The notes beneath the pieces were generated by a model. The model worked only from the letters and a program-made list of their open reading frames with translations, ran no database searches and had not been told where the DNA came from. Both the position numbers and the translations under genes were made by a program. This document shows, in pieces, positions 1 through 9,530 of a stretch of 40,850 nt of DNA; within the stretch, counting starts at the first letter, position 1; each line of letters starts with the position of its first letter. Source of the DNA: a virus; the IMG/VR virus record IMGVR_UViG_3300045155_000039. The stretch is one strand, 5' to 3'.

Positions 1-127
1 GGCGGCTGGGAAGAAGCTAAGAATAATATGATAGGCGTATGGAACAACATTCAAACTGCAGCGGCGAACATCTGGGCTTCCATTCAAGCGATTTTTGATA
101 GCTTCTTAACTAATACTCAGATGGCGT
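1..127. repeat. Assembly overlap, copy 1 (identical to 40724-40850)
   Basis: Read directly: ggcggctgggaagaagctaag...cagatggcgt occurs at both window ends. Confidence 0.95.
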
Positions 128-1029
128 TCTTAAATATCTGGAATGGTATTAAAGCAGCACTAGCCTATATATGGACAACGATTCAAACGATTGCGATCGA
201 TACATTCAACAGTATTGTAGCTTTCTTTGTTGAAACATGGACCAATGTCAAACAAGGCACAATTGACGCTTGGAATAGTGTGAAAACATGGTTATCAGAG
301 ACATGGGAAAGCATGAAACAAGGGGCGATCGACACTTGGAATAGCGTGAAGCAATTCTTTATTGATCTGTGGGAGTCTATTAAGACAAACACAATCAACA
401 TGTGGAATGCGATCAAAGACGGTGTCACGACTGCTTGGGAAAATACTAAGAATGCTGTCATTAATACAGCGAAGAGCATTGTAGACGGTGCAGCGCAAGT
501 GTGGGAAGACATGAAAACCGGTGTTTCAAATGCCGTAGATAGAGTAAAAGAAACCTTTGACACCATCAGACAAATTGACCTACTGCAAATCGGAAAAGAT
601 ATCATTGATGGATTAGTGAATGGAATCAGAAGCAAGATTGATGATGTAGTAAATGCAGTTAAAGATGTTGCTGGATCTATTACTGGAAAAATCAAAGATG
701 TATTGAATATCCATTCTCCTTCACGTGTGATGGCTGAATTAGGTATGTTCACTTCGCAAGGTTTAGCAGAAGGTATGCTGGACGGTTCAAAATATGTGGA
801 TAAAGCATCCTCTACACTAGCTGACAAGGCATCGAACATGGACATTGGAAACCGAATTTCGGCAGTTAATAGCCAAATTCAAACACAGGTGCAACATGAA
901 GTCAGCTATGGAACCAATAACAAGCCAGCTGTTTTCAATGTTCGAATTGGAGATAGTGAGTTTTCTAAAATTGTTGATGACATTAGCCAAGCTCAAGGTA
1001 ATGGTATTAACTTAAATATGCAATTTTAG
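1..1029 (+). CDS. Tail tape measure protein, C-terminal part (continues 39038-40850 across the circular junction)
   Basis: Frame 1 is open from nt 1 and in phase with the ATG at 39038 (39038-40723 is 1686 nt, 562 codons). Trp-periodic repeats are present. Stop at 1027-1029. Confidence 0.9.
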   Translation, partial: GGWEEAKNNMIGVWNNIQTAAANIWASIQAIFDSFLTNTQMAFLNIWNGIKAALAYIWTTIQTIAIDTFNSIVAFFVETWTNVKQGTIDAWNSVKTWLSETWESMKQGAIDTWNSVKQFFIDLWESIKTNTINMWNAIKDGVTTAWENTKNAVINTAKSIVDGAAQVWEDMKTGVSNAVDRVKETFDTIRQIDLLQIGKDIIDGLVNGIRSKIDDVVNAVKDVAGSITGKIKDVLNIHSPSRVMAELGMFTSQGLAEGMLDGSKYVDKASSTLADKASNMDIGNRISAVNSQIQTQVQHEVSYGTNNKPAVFNVRIGDSEFSKIVDDISQAQGNGINLNMQF

Positions 1030-1039
1030 GAGGTAGGAA

Positions 1040-1822
1040 ATGGAAAACAGAATGTATCCGTTTATGGACACACAGAAAAATGAACGATACATAGCGGAGT
1101 ACATTCCTACTTCCGCTATGTATTATGATGGCATCCTATTTGAGAAGGTCATCGAAGGTTATCAAACATTGTCAGTCGAAGGAAGAGAAATGATATCTGT
1201 GGGCATTGAATCTGAATCAATTCAAGTCGGGAGCATTGTCACGAACCAGACGTTGCCTTCAAGGACGCTGACAGTGAAATATAAACTCGAAGATAACGAT
1301 CCAGAGAAACTGCAAAAAAAGTTTGATCTTTTAATGTGGTATCTCTATAAAACAAAAGATGTTCCAATTCAATTCAACGATGAATTAGACTACACATATC
1401 ATGGTCGGTTTTCATCTTCTAATACCGTTGCAGGCGACACAAACAGAATCGTTTCAAGTTTTGATATCTATTGTGCTGATCCTAGAAAGTATTCAAAGCA
1501 ATATAAATCAGATGGCGAAATTGCCACGTACATTCCATATACGATTGTCCCAGACATCGTAAGAGTTAAATTGAGCGCACCAACAAGCGTTAAAGTGACC
1601 AACGGCTCACTCTCTATGTCAATTACAGGTGCTAGCATTGTTGCAGGGGATGTAATTGAGTTTCGAAACAAAGAAGGTAGTGTGTATGTGAACGGTGTAG
1701 ATAAAACAAATATCTTAGATTGGGCTGGCGGACAACTTGAAGATTTCTACATCAAAAAAGGGGATGTTGTTAAGACAAACAATGGATCTCTCGAAGTCCT
1801 TTATCGGGTGGTGGCGCTATGA
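1040..1822 (+). CDS. Distal tail protein (Dit, siphovirus tail family)
   Basis: 260 aa, SD AGGAGG upstream. It sits directly after the TMP and before Tal, and its end overlaps the Tal start by 4 nt. Confidence 0.8.
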   Translation: MENRMYPFMDTQKNERYIAEYIPTSAMYYDGILFEKVIEGYQTLSVEGREMISVGIESESIQVGSIVTNQTLPSRTLTVKYKLEDNDPEKLQKKFDLLMWYLYKTKDVPIQFNDELDYTYHGRFSSSNTVAGDTNRIVSSFDIYCADPRKYSKQYKSDGEIATYIPYTIVPDIVRVKLSAPTSVKVTNGSLSMSITGASIVAGDVIEFRNKEGSVYVNGVDKTNILDWAGGQLEDFYIKKGDVVKTNNGSLEVLYRVVAL

Positions 1823-4677
1823 GCGAAAGCATTTACTTTCTTAATGATGAACAAGAACTGCTAAAAGTGTGCGGAGAAAGCAAAATTATTGAATCCGTCC
1901 AGTCGAAAGAAATCACAGCAGATAAAAGCGAGCTGATGAACGATACTTTGAGCGTTAGTGTATTGGATGACAAAAAAATTCGAGATGCTGCTTTTATGGC
2001 TGTTCGAGAAAATGATGATTCGTTTTCGATGTACAAAATAACCGCTGATAGCGACCCTAGAGGACGTTTAAGCTTTACAGGGGTTAACTTTGCAGTAGAT
2101 GAACTACATTCGTTTATCGTGCTTGATATGCGCCCTAGCAATCGAAGTATCAAACAAGTAGCAGAACAGATTCTTAGTTATACAAATGCTGAGTGGCGTG
2201 TGGGTTATGTCGATCCCACGCTTCCTGCAATTTCAGGAACGTTCTACTATCTAAGCGTTAAAGATGCTTTAAAGCAACTGCAGACGTTTGGCTGTGAGAT
2301 AGTCTTTAAATGTAAAATCGATGGCAACAAAATCACAGATAAATGGATTGAAATTTATAAGCAGATTGGGATATTCAGTAATAAACGATTCGTATATGGA
2401 TCAAATGCGCTTGAAGTCGTGCGTCAAAGAGACCGATCGCAACTATATACCTCGATTATCGGAAGGGGTAAAGGTGAAGAGGTCGGGGACGGCTACGGAC
2501 GAAGAATTGAATTCACTGACATCGAATGGAAAAAGTCGAATGGTAATCCGTTAGATAAGCCTAAAGGACAGAATTGGCTTGAATATCCTGAAATGACAGC
2601 ACTTTACGGCATACCGATGAAGAACGGAAGCAAGCGTAAACGGGAAACTGTTCTAATCTTGGAAGATATAGAAGACCCTAGAGAGTTGCTACAAGCGACC
2701 TATGAGAACCTTGTAGAATACTCAAGGCCGTTGATTCAATTCAAAACTTCTGTACTAGGTGGGGATTCAATCGGTAACACAGTAACCATCCACCGATCAG
2801 ACAAGAACTATCACTATAAAACTCGTGTTTTCAGCGTCAAAATCGATCGCATCAGAAACAAGGTTCAATGCGGATTAGGCGATAACTTGAACACTTCAAG
2901 TACCAGGCAAGCAGCAAGTGTTCAAAATAGTGTAACCAATTTAGCTGAAACAAAAATGACGTTCTATGATTCAACTGAAATCAGCAAATGGCAATCAGAT
3001 ATTATCCGTGGCGCTCATGGCGGTGCGGTTATTTTGATGTCCCCATCTGATTATCCAGCTAATCATCCTCAACGAGGGGAAAGTCGGCAGCCATTTCAAA
3101 TGGTATGGATGGACGGCGATTCTATTCAAACATCAAGTCATTTTTTAGTTGCAAATTCGGATGGGATTGGATTTATTGACGGCGATTTCTACACTAGTCC
3201 ATTTAAGACAGCTTGGACCATTGACGGTAAATTCAACGCTGACTTCATCCAAACTGGATCAATCATTGCTGATATTTTCGAAACATCATTTAACAAGCTA
3301 GGCGAGATTCTGAAACTGTCAGCCGGATCGTTACAAGCGATGAAAAACGGCAAAAAGATTATGGAGTTAACCAGTAAAGGGATGGAGTTCTGGGGAGCCA
3401 ACCGACAAATTGGGACAATTGGTACAACTGACTCAGCCGGCAATCCTTTTCCAGAAGCGTCCACGCCGACACCACTTGAAGATAACTCGCTTGTAATTAA
3501 AACAGAAGGCGATGGAAAGTACATTCTTATCTCGACAAAAGAAGGGTATGGATGGGTATTTCTTGGAGATGGATCGGGGATTTATCGTGGAGATGTTACT
3601 TATCAAGGGAATGTCCGTATAACAGGTGACTTAGATGTGCAGGGTCAAATCAGAATCCAAGGACAACAAGTTTATCCCGGTGGTTCTGGAGGAGGCGTTG
3701 GTCCCGGTGGTGCAACATATGATCCAATAAATATCGGCAGCAACATAACCGGAAATGCGAATATCGTTGCTTGGCTTGAAAAGTATACGAAACTATACGG
3801 TATTTCGGATTATATCGGACTAGCCTATGCGCTGATTATGGTAGAAAACCCCGGCACTGACGGAACAGATGACATCATGCAATCTTCTGAATCAGCGGGC
3901 TATCCTGGTCCCGGTTATCTTACGGGTGAAGCGTCGGTAAAACAAGGGTGTAAACACCTAGCTCAACAAATTAAAAACGGTCAGGATCAAAACGTAGATA
4001 TCTGGGGAGTGATGCAAGGTTACAACTTCGGTAGTGCATATATCCCTTGGCTCTCAAACAGAGGTGGAGTAAATACCACCGATTTGGCTGAGGTTTATTC
4101 AAGAACAGTTGTTGCTCCTTCACTAGGAAATACAACTGGTGCAACTTATCCATATGTAAATGCGGTGTCTCAAGCAGATGGCAGAACGTATCTGTATGTA
4201 AATGGTGGTAACTTTCACTATGCTGCGATGATACGACAATATGTGAAAGTGAATGAAAGTGTTGGATATGTAGTTCCGATTAGCAAGCCAGTCACTGTGA
4301 CTAGTGAGTTTGGCTACAGATACCATCCAATTACCGGATCGTATGAGCTTCACAACGGAATTGACCTAGTGAACGGAAATGCAACCACGCCTATATATGC
4401 ATCGGCAGCTGGTGAAGTAGTAATAGCTGGAAGTTACCCCGATTGGTACGGAAACTACGTTGTTATTAAGCACTCTGACGGGCTTTACACAGGGTATGCA
4501 CATCAAAGTCAACTGAGAGTTTCTGTAGGCGATACGGTCAATCAGGGACAACAAATCGGCAATATGGGGACAACTGGACCAAGTACTGGACCGCATTTGC
4601 ACTTCCAATTTTTTACAAATGGACCATGGCCATCCAATAGTGATTTTATTAATCCAAGAGAACACATAAATTTTTAG
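1819..4677 (+). CDS. Tail-associated lysin (Tal): baseplate/tail-endopeptidase N-domain + CwlT-like lysozyme domain + M23 peptidase
   Basis: 952 aa. Motif DIMQSSES...MQGYNFGSAY is lysozyme-like. Motifs HNGIDL, GYAHQS and GPHLHFQ are M23 HxxxD/HxH. A Gly-rich GGSGGGVGPGG linker is present. Confidence 0.9.
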   Translation: MSESIYFLNDEQELLKVCGESKIIESVQSKEITADKSELMNDTLSVSVLDDKKIRDAAFMAVRENDDSFSMYKITADSDPRGRLSFTGVNFAVDELHSFIVLDMRPSNRSIKQVAEQILSYTNAEWRVGYVDPTLPAISGTFYYLSVKDALKQLQTFGCEIVFKCKIDGNKITDKWIEIYKQIGIFSNKRFVYGSNALEVVRQRDRSQLYTSIIGRGKGEEVGDGYGRRIEFTDIEWKKSNGNPLDKPKGQNWLEYPEMTALYGIPMKNGSKRKRETVLILEDIEDPRELLQATYENLVEYSRPLIQFKTSVLGGDSIGNTVTIHRSDKNYHYKTRVFSVKIDRIRNKVQCGLGDNLNTSSTRQAASVQNSVTNLAETKMTFYDSTEISKWQSDIIRGAHGGAVILMSPSDYPANHPQRGESRQPFQMVWMDGDSIQTSSHFLVANSDGIGFIDGDFYTSPFKTAWTIDGKFNADFIQTGSIIADIFETSFNKLGEILKLSAGSLQAMKNGKKIMELTSKGMEFWGANRQIGTIGTTDSAGNPFPEASTPTPLEDNSLVIKTEGDGKYILISTKEGYGWVFLGDGSGIYRGDVTYQGNVRITGDLDVQGQIRIQGQQVYPGGSGGGVGPGGATYDPINIGSNITGNANIVAWLEKYTKLYGISDYIGLAYALIMVENPGTDGTDDIMQSSESAGYPGPGYLTGEASVKQGCKHLAQQIKNGQDQNVDIWGVMQGYNFGSAYIPWLSNRGGVNTTDLAEVYSRTVVAPSLGNTTGATYPYVNAVSQADGRTYLYVNGGNFHYAAMIRQYVKVNESVGYVVPISKPVTVTSEFGYRYHPITGSYELHNGIDLVNGNATTPIYASAAGEVVIAGSYPDWYGNYVVIKHSDGLYTGYAHQSQLRVSVGDTVNQGQQIGNMGTTGPSTGPHLHFQFFTNGPWPSNSDFINPREHINF

Positions 4678-4679
4678 GA

Positions 4680-6692
4680 GTGATGGATTTGGAACTAAAT
4701 CAATTTAGAGATGTCGATTTAGTGATTGATAGAGCGAGTGATAGCTTCGTGCAGAAGCAGTTCGTTTCTCAAGGCGATTACAAAGGACGCACACTCACTG
4801 TTCAAGTTACCAATAATGGTAATGTCGGTGAAGTCCCCGGATTAACCTTAAATCTTAATTGGCACAATGAAGCAAGTGGAGTAACAGACCTAACTGCTTT
4901 TTCAGTTGTTAGCAAGGCAACCAGCGTGTTTGCAATTGAATACCCAGTGCATATGATGACGCCGGGTAAAGTATATGCAAGTATACAGATAATTCAAGAT
5001 GGAAAAGTAACGAACTTAAAAGAATTCGAGTTAACAGTACAAAAATTGGCGGGGCAACCTGTAGGGATTGTTGAAAAGGCAGAATTTAGTGCATTGGTCG
5101 CTGTATTAGCTGATTCAAATAGATACCGAACAGACATAGATAGCTTAAGCATAACAAAAGCGGATAAAACAGCATTGACTCAGGTAAATACAAATTTATT
5201 GAGCGGGCTTTCCCAAAAGGTTGACAAAGGTGGAAACGAACAGATAACGCTCGGCATGCTGGCGCAAGAAGTTAAAACAGCAATGACGGGAGGAAGTGTT
5301 CCAGTTGTTGGATCAAACGCTGTCAACACATCTAATATTGTCGACGGAGCAGCAACCAATGCAAAACTAGCATCCTCATATGCTTTTTCAGGGCAAGTCA
5401 TATCGGGATCAAGTGTAAATGCCGTCAGAAAGCAAGGTGTATATTTAGTACAAAATGGAGCAACGGATGTGCCGTCAACAATCAGGGCAATCACTCATTT
5501 AATAAATGAGAATGTCAATGATCGATGGTTCTTGCAAACCTTGGTATATTACAACACTTCTAATACGATTACCAAAATATGGATGAGAAGATTTGACATT
5601 AACAATCCGCCTATCCCGGAATGGACAACTATATTTGATGGCGATATTAAATATAGATCGAATGTACAAGCGATATCTGCAAAGGATGCAAATGTAATTG
5701 ATACAGACGGTGACTATTTTGTATCAACTACCACTAATCAGCCAGAGGGAGCTTTAGCTGCTGGTTTTTTACGAGATTATTCCCCAAATGCCAACTTCAA
5801 ACTTCAAGAGTATTTTGATCGAGGTGGCAACTTCTATTTTAGGTTTCTAGATCTTTTATCTAAACCGGAGATTAAAGATACAGTGTTCAAAAGAGTCTTA
5901 ACTACTGATGATATCAAACAAGTATCTTTAGATAAACCTTTGGCAGGTGATACTATTGTTCAATTTGGAGATAGTATATTAGGAAACAAAGCAGAGCCGA
6001 ATGATATTTCAACAATAGTCAAGCAAATTACAGGAGCCACTGTTTATAACTGTGGCTTTGGCGGATGCCGAATGGCTTATGGAAAATACCCGCGCCCATG
6101 GGAAGCTTTTTCTATGATAGGACTTGCAGAAGCTATTGTTAGTGGAGATTGGTCAGCGCAAGATACGGCCATTGCAGATACGTCTCAAGGCTATCCAAGC
6201 TATTTTGGTAGCAGATTGGATTCAATAAAGACAATCGATTTCACGAAGGTTGATTACATTACTATAAGGTACGGTACAAACGATTGGAATGCAGATGTCT
6301 TCCTAGATAACACCGATGATAAATACGACACACAAACATATGGCGGAAGCCTACGTAGATCGCTAGAAATAATTTTGGAAAAATATCCTCAAATAAGAAT
6401 TTTGGTCCAAACACCCGGCTATCGTTTTTACTTAGATGGAAACGAGGATTTCCTAGAAGATAGTGATACTAAAACTAATACACATAATCTTTTGTTAACA
6501 CAGTATGTCGAATTGTGTAAGAGTATATCCAGAGATTATAAACTTGTTTGTCAAGATGATTACTATCAGTTGGGATTTAATAAATTTAATCGCAAGGCAT
6601 TCTTTGATGGTGTGGATGGAACACATCCAAATAACGTAGGAACAAGGATTCTCGGAGAAAAAACAGCGTATAGTTTAATAAATTTAGTTTAG
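4680..6692 (+). CDS. Baseplate upper / receptor-binding protein: BppU-like N-terminus fused to a C-terminal SGNH/GDSL hydrolase
   Basis: N-terminus DLVIDRASD..SQGDYKGRTLTVQVTNNG is BppU_N-like. The C-terminus has the SGNH blocks FGDSILGN, GGCRMAYG, YGTNDW and DGTHPN. The start is ambiguous (GTG 4680, ATG 4683 or TTG 4689). Confidence 0.8.
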   Translation: MMDLELNQFRDVDLVIDRASDSFVQKQFVSQGDYKGRTLTVQVTNNGNVGEVPGLTLNLNWHNEASGVTDLTAFSVVSKATSVFAIEYPVHMMTPGKVYASIQIIQDGKVTNLKEFELTVQKLAGQPVGIVEKAEFSALVAVLADSNRYRTDIDSLSITKADKTALTQVNTNLLSGLSQKVDKGGNEQITLGMLAQEVKTAMTGGSVPVVGSNAVNTSNIVDGAATNAKLASSYAFSGQVISGSSVNAVRKQGVYLVQNGATDVPSTIRAITHLINENVNDRWFLQTLVYYNTSNTITKIWMRRFDINNPPIPEWTTIFDGDIKYRSNVQAISAKDANVIDTDGDYFVSTTTNQPEGALAAGFLRDYSPNANFKLQEYFDRGGNFYFRFLDLLSKPEIKDTVFKRVLTTDDIKQVSLDKPLAGDTIVQFGDSILGNKAEPNDISTIVKQITGATVYNCGFGGCRMAYGKYPRPWEAFSMIGLAEAIVSGDWSAQDTAIADTSQGYPSYFGSRLDSIKTIDFTKVDYITIRYGTNDWNADVFLDNTDDKYDTQTYGGSLRRSLEIILEKYPQIRILVQTPGYRFYLDGNEDFLEDSDTKTNTHNLLLTQYVELCKSISRDYKLVCQDDYYQLGFNKFNRKAFFDGVDGTHPNNVGTRILGEKTAYSLINLV

Positions 6693-6706
6693 GCGTAAAA
6701 GGCAGC

Positions 6707-6727
6707 ACGCTCAATAGAGTGTTTTTT
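6707..6727 (+). terminator. Rho-independent terminator after the receptor-binding protein gene
   Basis: Stem acgctc/gagtgt (one G-U pair), loop aata, followed by tttttt. Confidence 0.6.
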
Positions 6728-6750
6728 AGTTTTAGGAAAGCAGGTGACAT

Positions 6751-7182
6751 ATGTGGAAATTAATTAGACATACACTCGGTTATATTAATAAACGAAGTAC
6801 CTCTTTCGCATTCTCTCTAGGTTCAATCGGCTATGGGCTCTATCACTTCTTCAATTCTAACATTCTTTCATATTCAAACGCTTATGCGGCTATCAATAAT
6901 ATCTTCGGATTTATTGGTGGTCGTTATTTTGGTTTGATGTTTATCATCATCGGTGCTTTGAAAGTGTTTGGATTGATAATTGATAATGTGTATCTCAAGC
7001 TCCCTCTGTACTTCGTATTGCTGTTTCTCTGGCTTCTGTTAGGTTCTTGTTTCTTGGTTACTTTCATAGATGGCAGTACTAATCCATCGTGGATTTATTG
7101 CTTCACAATAGCGCTAATGAGCACAAATATCCTGAAGTCACATCAACAGGAAATAATTATAAAGGATGAAGTAGATGGATAG
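6751..7182 (+). CDS. Integral membrane protein (about 4 TM segments), lysis-module associated
   Basis: 143 aa with hydrophobic stretches throughout. It is the first gene of the lysis cassette. Confidence 0.6.
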   Translation: MWKLIRHTLGYINKRSTSFAFSLGSIGYGLYHFFNSNILSYSNAYAAINNIFGFIGGRYFGLMFIIIGALKVFGLIIDNVYLKLPLYFVLLFLWLLLGSCFLVTFIDGSTNPSWIYCFTIALMSTNILKSHQQEIIIKDEVDG

Positions 7183-7582
7183 ATTTTGGACCAGCGGATT
7201 TCCGCAAATCATGACAATTATCGGCGTTTTTCTTTCGGCGGTATACGGTCCGAAATTAGTGGCTAAAGTGCAGGGGAAGAACAAAGTTGAAGAAGTGAAA
7301 ACAGAAGGGGATAACAACGCAGAAGCTTTGTATATCCAAAACATGGGGAACATTATTGAAGGCTATCGATTGCAAGTTAAGGAGTTCAAAGATGAACTAG
7401 CAGCGGTTAGATCGGAATTTAGGGAGTTTAAGGAAGAACACGAGAAGCAAGTGACGGCGTACAAGGAACAAATTGGGTTTCTTGAGTTGCAAGTGGAAGA
7501 GCGAGATGAACGGATCCAAGAACTTGAAGGCGAAAACGAAACATTAAAAAACGAGAACACTATTTTGAAAGGTGGAATTTAG
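7175..7582 (+). CDS. Membrane-anchored coiled-coil protein (XhlA-like position)
   Basis: 135 aa with an N-terminal TM (IMTIIGVFLSAVYG) and a heptad-rich acidic/basic C-terminus. It overlaps the upstream gene by 8 nt. Confidence 0.6.
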   Translation: MDRFWTSGFPQIMTIIGVFLSAVYGPKLVAKVQGKNKVEEVKTEGDNNAEALYIQNMGNIIEGYRLQVKEFKDELAAVRSEFREFKEEHEKQVTAYKEQIGFLELQVEERDERIQELEGENETLKNENTILKGGI

Positions 7583-7918
7583 ATGGAAGCATTACAAGAT
7601 GCACTATTAAATTTATTGATTGTTGTGGTTGGCTTGGTGGCAGCATTTATTGGCCAAAAGGGTTCAGAGTATTTGAAGAAGAAAGGTGTCTTAGCTCAGT
7701 TGGAAGGCAAGAAGAACTATGTGGCGATTGTTGTATCAGCAGTTCAGCAAGTTTACGCAGAAGCAAATGGAGATGCTAAGTTGCAAGAAGCAAAAGCTCA
7801 GTTAGTAGACTTATTTAATAAGAATGGCATCAAGTTCACTGAAGACGAGCTGAATCTATTAATCGAATCAGCGGTAAAAGGGATGAAAGATGGCGTTGAC
7901 CAAGGAGTGGCTGAATAA
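7583..7918 (+). CDS. Holin (LL-H-type, single N-terminal TM)
   Basis: 111 aa. TM LLNLLIVVVGLVAAFIG is followed by a charged helical tail with AVQQVYAE...ESAVKG, a pattern typical of Holin_LLH. Confidence 0.7.
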   Translation: MEALQDALLNLLIVVVGLVAAFIGQKGSEYLKKKGVLAQLEGKKNYVAIVVSAVQQVYAEANGDAKLQEAKAQLVDLFNKNGIKFTEDELNLLIESAVKGMKDGVDQGVAE

Positions 7919-7953
7919 GCCGCTCTTTTTCTATATCTAAAGGAGGAAGAACA

Positions 7954-8262
7954 ATGTTTAAAGAAGGTTCTTATGTAACTGTACTCGGAAAGTTACAAGT
8001 AAAAGAAGTTGGAGAAGAATATGTCCAGTTAGATCCATTCGAAAAAGGAGAAACAGAGACAGTCGATCGATACGAAGAAAATGGTTTTAAAGAGGTTACA
8101 TCGGATGGACTTTCTAAAGAATTTGACGGTTTTCAAGTTGGGGATTTCTTTTACTTAACAGGAAAATACAAAGTTTTAAGATCAAACGAAATCTTTACCA
8201 AGATTGAATTAGAAGGTCATATGTTGTCATTGCCAAATCACAAATTAGTGGAGGTGGAATAA
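7954..8262 (+). CDS. Hypothetical protein between holin and endolysin
   Basis: 102 aa, SD AAGGAGG upstream. Its stop abuts the endolysin ATG. Confidence 0.6.
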   Translation: MFKEGSYVTVLGKLQVKEVGEEYVQLDPFEKGETETVDRYEENGFKEVTSDGLSKEFDGFQVGDFFYLTGKYKVLRSNEIFTKIELEGHMLSLPNHKLVEVE

Positions 8263-9246
8263 ATGGTAGTAAGTTATTCAGGAATTGCAGGTGCTCGTGG
8301 ATCAAACCCGACAGCAATCGTTTTGCATAATGATGCCGGAAGCCAAGGTGCAACTGCAGCATTTTATAAAAACTGGCTAGAAAGTCATACGCCTTCTTTA
8401 GGGTTTGCTCATTACTACGTTGCTAGCGATGGAACATACCAAGCTGAGAAGGACAGCAACAAGGCGTGGCATACAGGCAACAGTAAAGGTAATGCTAATT
8501 ACTTGGGGATTGAAGTATGTCAATCCATGGGGAATGAATCCACGTATCTTGCGAATGAACAAAAAGCATTTAAGTTAGCTGCCGATTTATGTAAGAAGTA
8601 TGGTTTGAATCCTGCTTCAGCTGTTTTTCCGTTACATCGTGAACTGAGTTCTACATCGTGTCCTCACAGAGCGTGGGATTTGCATGGAAAAGGTGTAGCA
8701 GCTATCAAACAATATTTCGTGGATCAAATCAAAAAATATTACAACGGAGACAGCACATCGAATAATAATTCTGGATCGTCAACTTCCACCGTGACAACCA
8801 AATACGCTGTTGGTTCATCTGTTAAAGTGAAGACTAGTGCTACTCATTATCAGACAGGACAGTCAATCGCTAGCTTTGTAAAAGGCTCGACTTACAAAGT
8901 GAAGCAAGTTAAAGAAGTGAATCAATCACGATCTAAATACGCTTTTCTGTTAGAAGGTATAAACTCTTGGGTACTGGGGCAAGACCTAGAATCTGCATCC
9001 AGCGGTAGTTCAAGCAATTCGAATAGTGGTACATCATTGAAAGGTGCGAATTTGCCGAATAAAGGAAGTTACAAATTTACTGTCAACACTATTATTCGTG
9101 CTAGCGCATCTACTTCTTCAGCGAATGTTGGGATGTGGTCTGCCGGTCAAACAGTTAACTATGATTCTAAAGTAGTTGCCAGTGGATACGTATGGTTAAG
9201 TTGGATTGGTGCTTCTGGAAACCGTAGATACTCAGCAGTAGTATAA
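8263..9246 (+). CDS. Endolysin: N-acetylmuramoyl-L-alanine amidase (Amidase_2/PGRP-like) with C-terminal SH3-type wall-binding repeats
   Basis: Motifs AIVLHNDAGS, AWHTGN, GIEVCQ and SCPHR mark the amidase domain. Ser-rich linkers separate the domains. The C-terminus GYVWLSWIGASGNRRY is SH3_5-like. Confidence 0.9.
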   Translation: MVVSYSGIAGARGSNPTAIVLHNDAGSQGATAAFYKNWLESHTPSLGFAHYYVASDGTYQAEKDSNKAWHTGNSKGNANYLGIEVCQSMGNESTYLANEQKAFKLAADLCKKYGLNPASAVFPLHRELSSTSCPHRAWDLHGKGVAAIKQYFVDQIKKYYNGDSTSNNNSGSSTSTVTTKYAVGSSVKVKTSATHYQTGQSIASFVKGSTYKVKQVKEVNQSRSKYAFLLEGINSWVLGQDLESASSGSSSNSNSGTSLKGANLPNKGSYKFTVNTIIRASASTSSANVGMWSAGQTVNYDSKVVASGYVWLSWIGASGNRRYSAVV

Positions 9247-9253
9247 ACAAATA

Positions 9254-9285
9254 CCCCTTACTCTTTGGAGTAGGGGGCCTTTTTC
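9254..9285. terminator. Bidirectional terminator shared by the endolysin (+) and the minus-strand cassette
   Basis: Hairpin cccc-t-tactc / gagta-gggg is followed by ccttttt on plus and by tatttgttt on minus. Confidence 0.65.
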
Positions 9286-9530
9286 ATTGCTTCGAATTCA
9301 ATCATGATCTTCGTTTTGCCAAGAACACTATATTTTTTCACAACAAACTGTTTCCGCTGGTTATACTCACCAGCCACCACAACCTGCATGTTCTCATCAA
9401 CATCGGCCAAGAAGTTCAAACTATGTGTAGCAATCAAGCAGTTTACATTATTTAGCGAGAAACGAACCAAAGGGGTCTTGCTCATCTTCAACACGCGTAT
9501 CTTCGATACACAGCCTTTCATCGTTTTCAT
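9258..9530 (-). CDS. Hypothetical protein C of the LexA-box cassette
   Basis: The minus-frame ORF is open 9258-9707. The ATG at 9530 has GGAGG 8 nt upstream, with an alternative ATG at 9485. No motif recognised. Confidence 0.4.
   Translation of the reverse strand: MKTMKGCVSKIRVLKMSKTPLVRFSLNNVNCLIATHSLNFLADVDENMQVVVAGEYNQRKQFVVKKYSVLGKTKIMIEFEAMKKAPYSKE

Noticed and set aside
1-127. Terminal 127-nt identity as a biological direct terminal repeat or cos-flanking repeat
   Set aside because: It lies in the middle of an uninterrupted tape-measure ORF. Its exact length and identity fit an assembler overlap on a circular molecule. The terminase type suggests headful packaging.
183-845. Long minus-strand ORFs (183-845, 295-498, and similar ones at 39739-39993 and 40216-40557) inside the tape-measure gene
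   Set aside because: They are antisense shadows of a repeat-rich, stop-poor coding region. They lack SDs, their composition is Ser/Leu/Cys/Phe-rich, and they would interrupt an otherwise uniform plus-strand operon.
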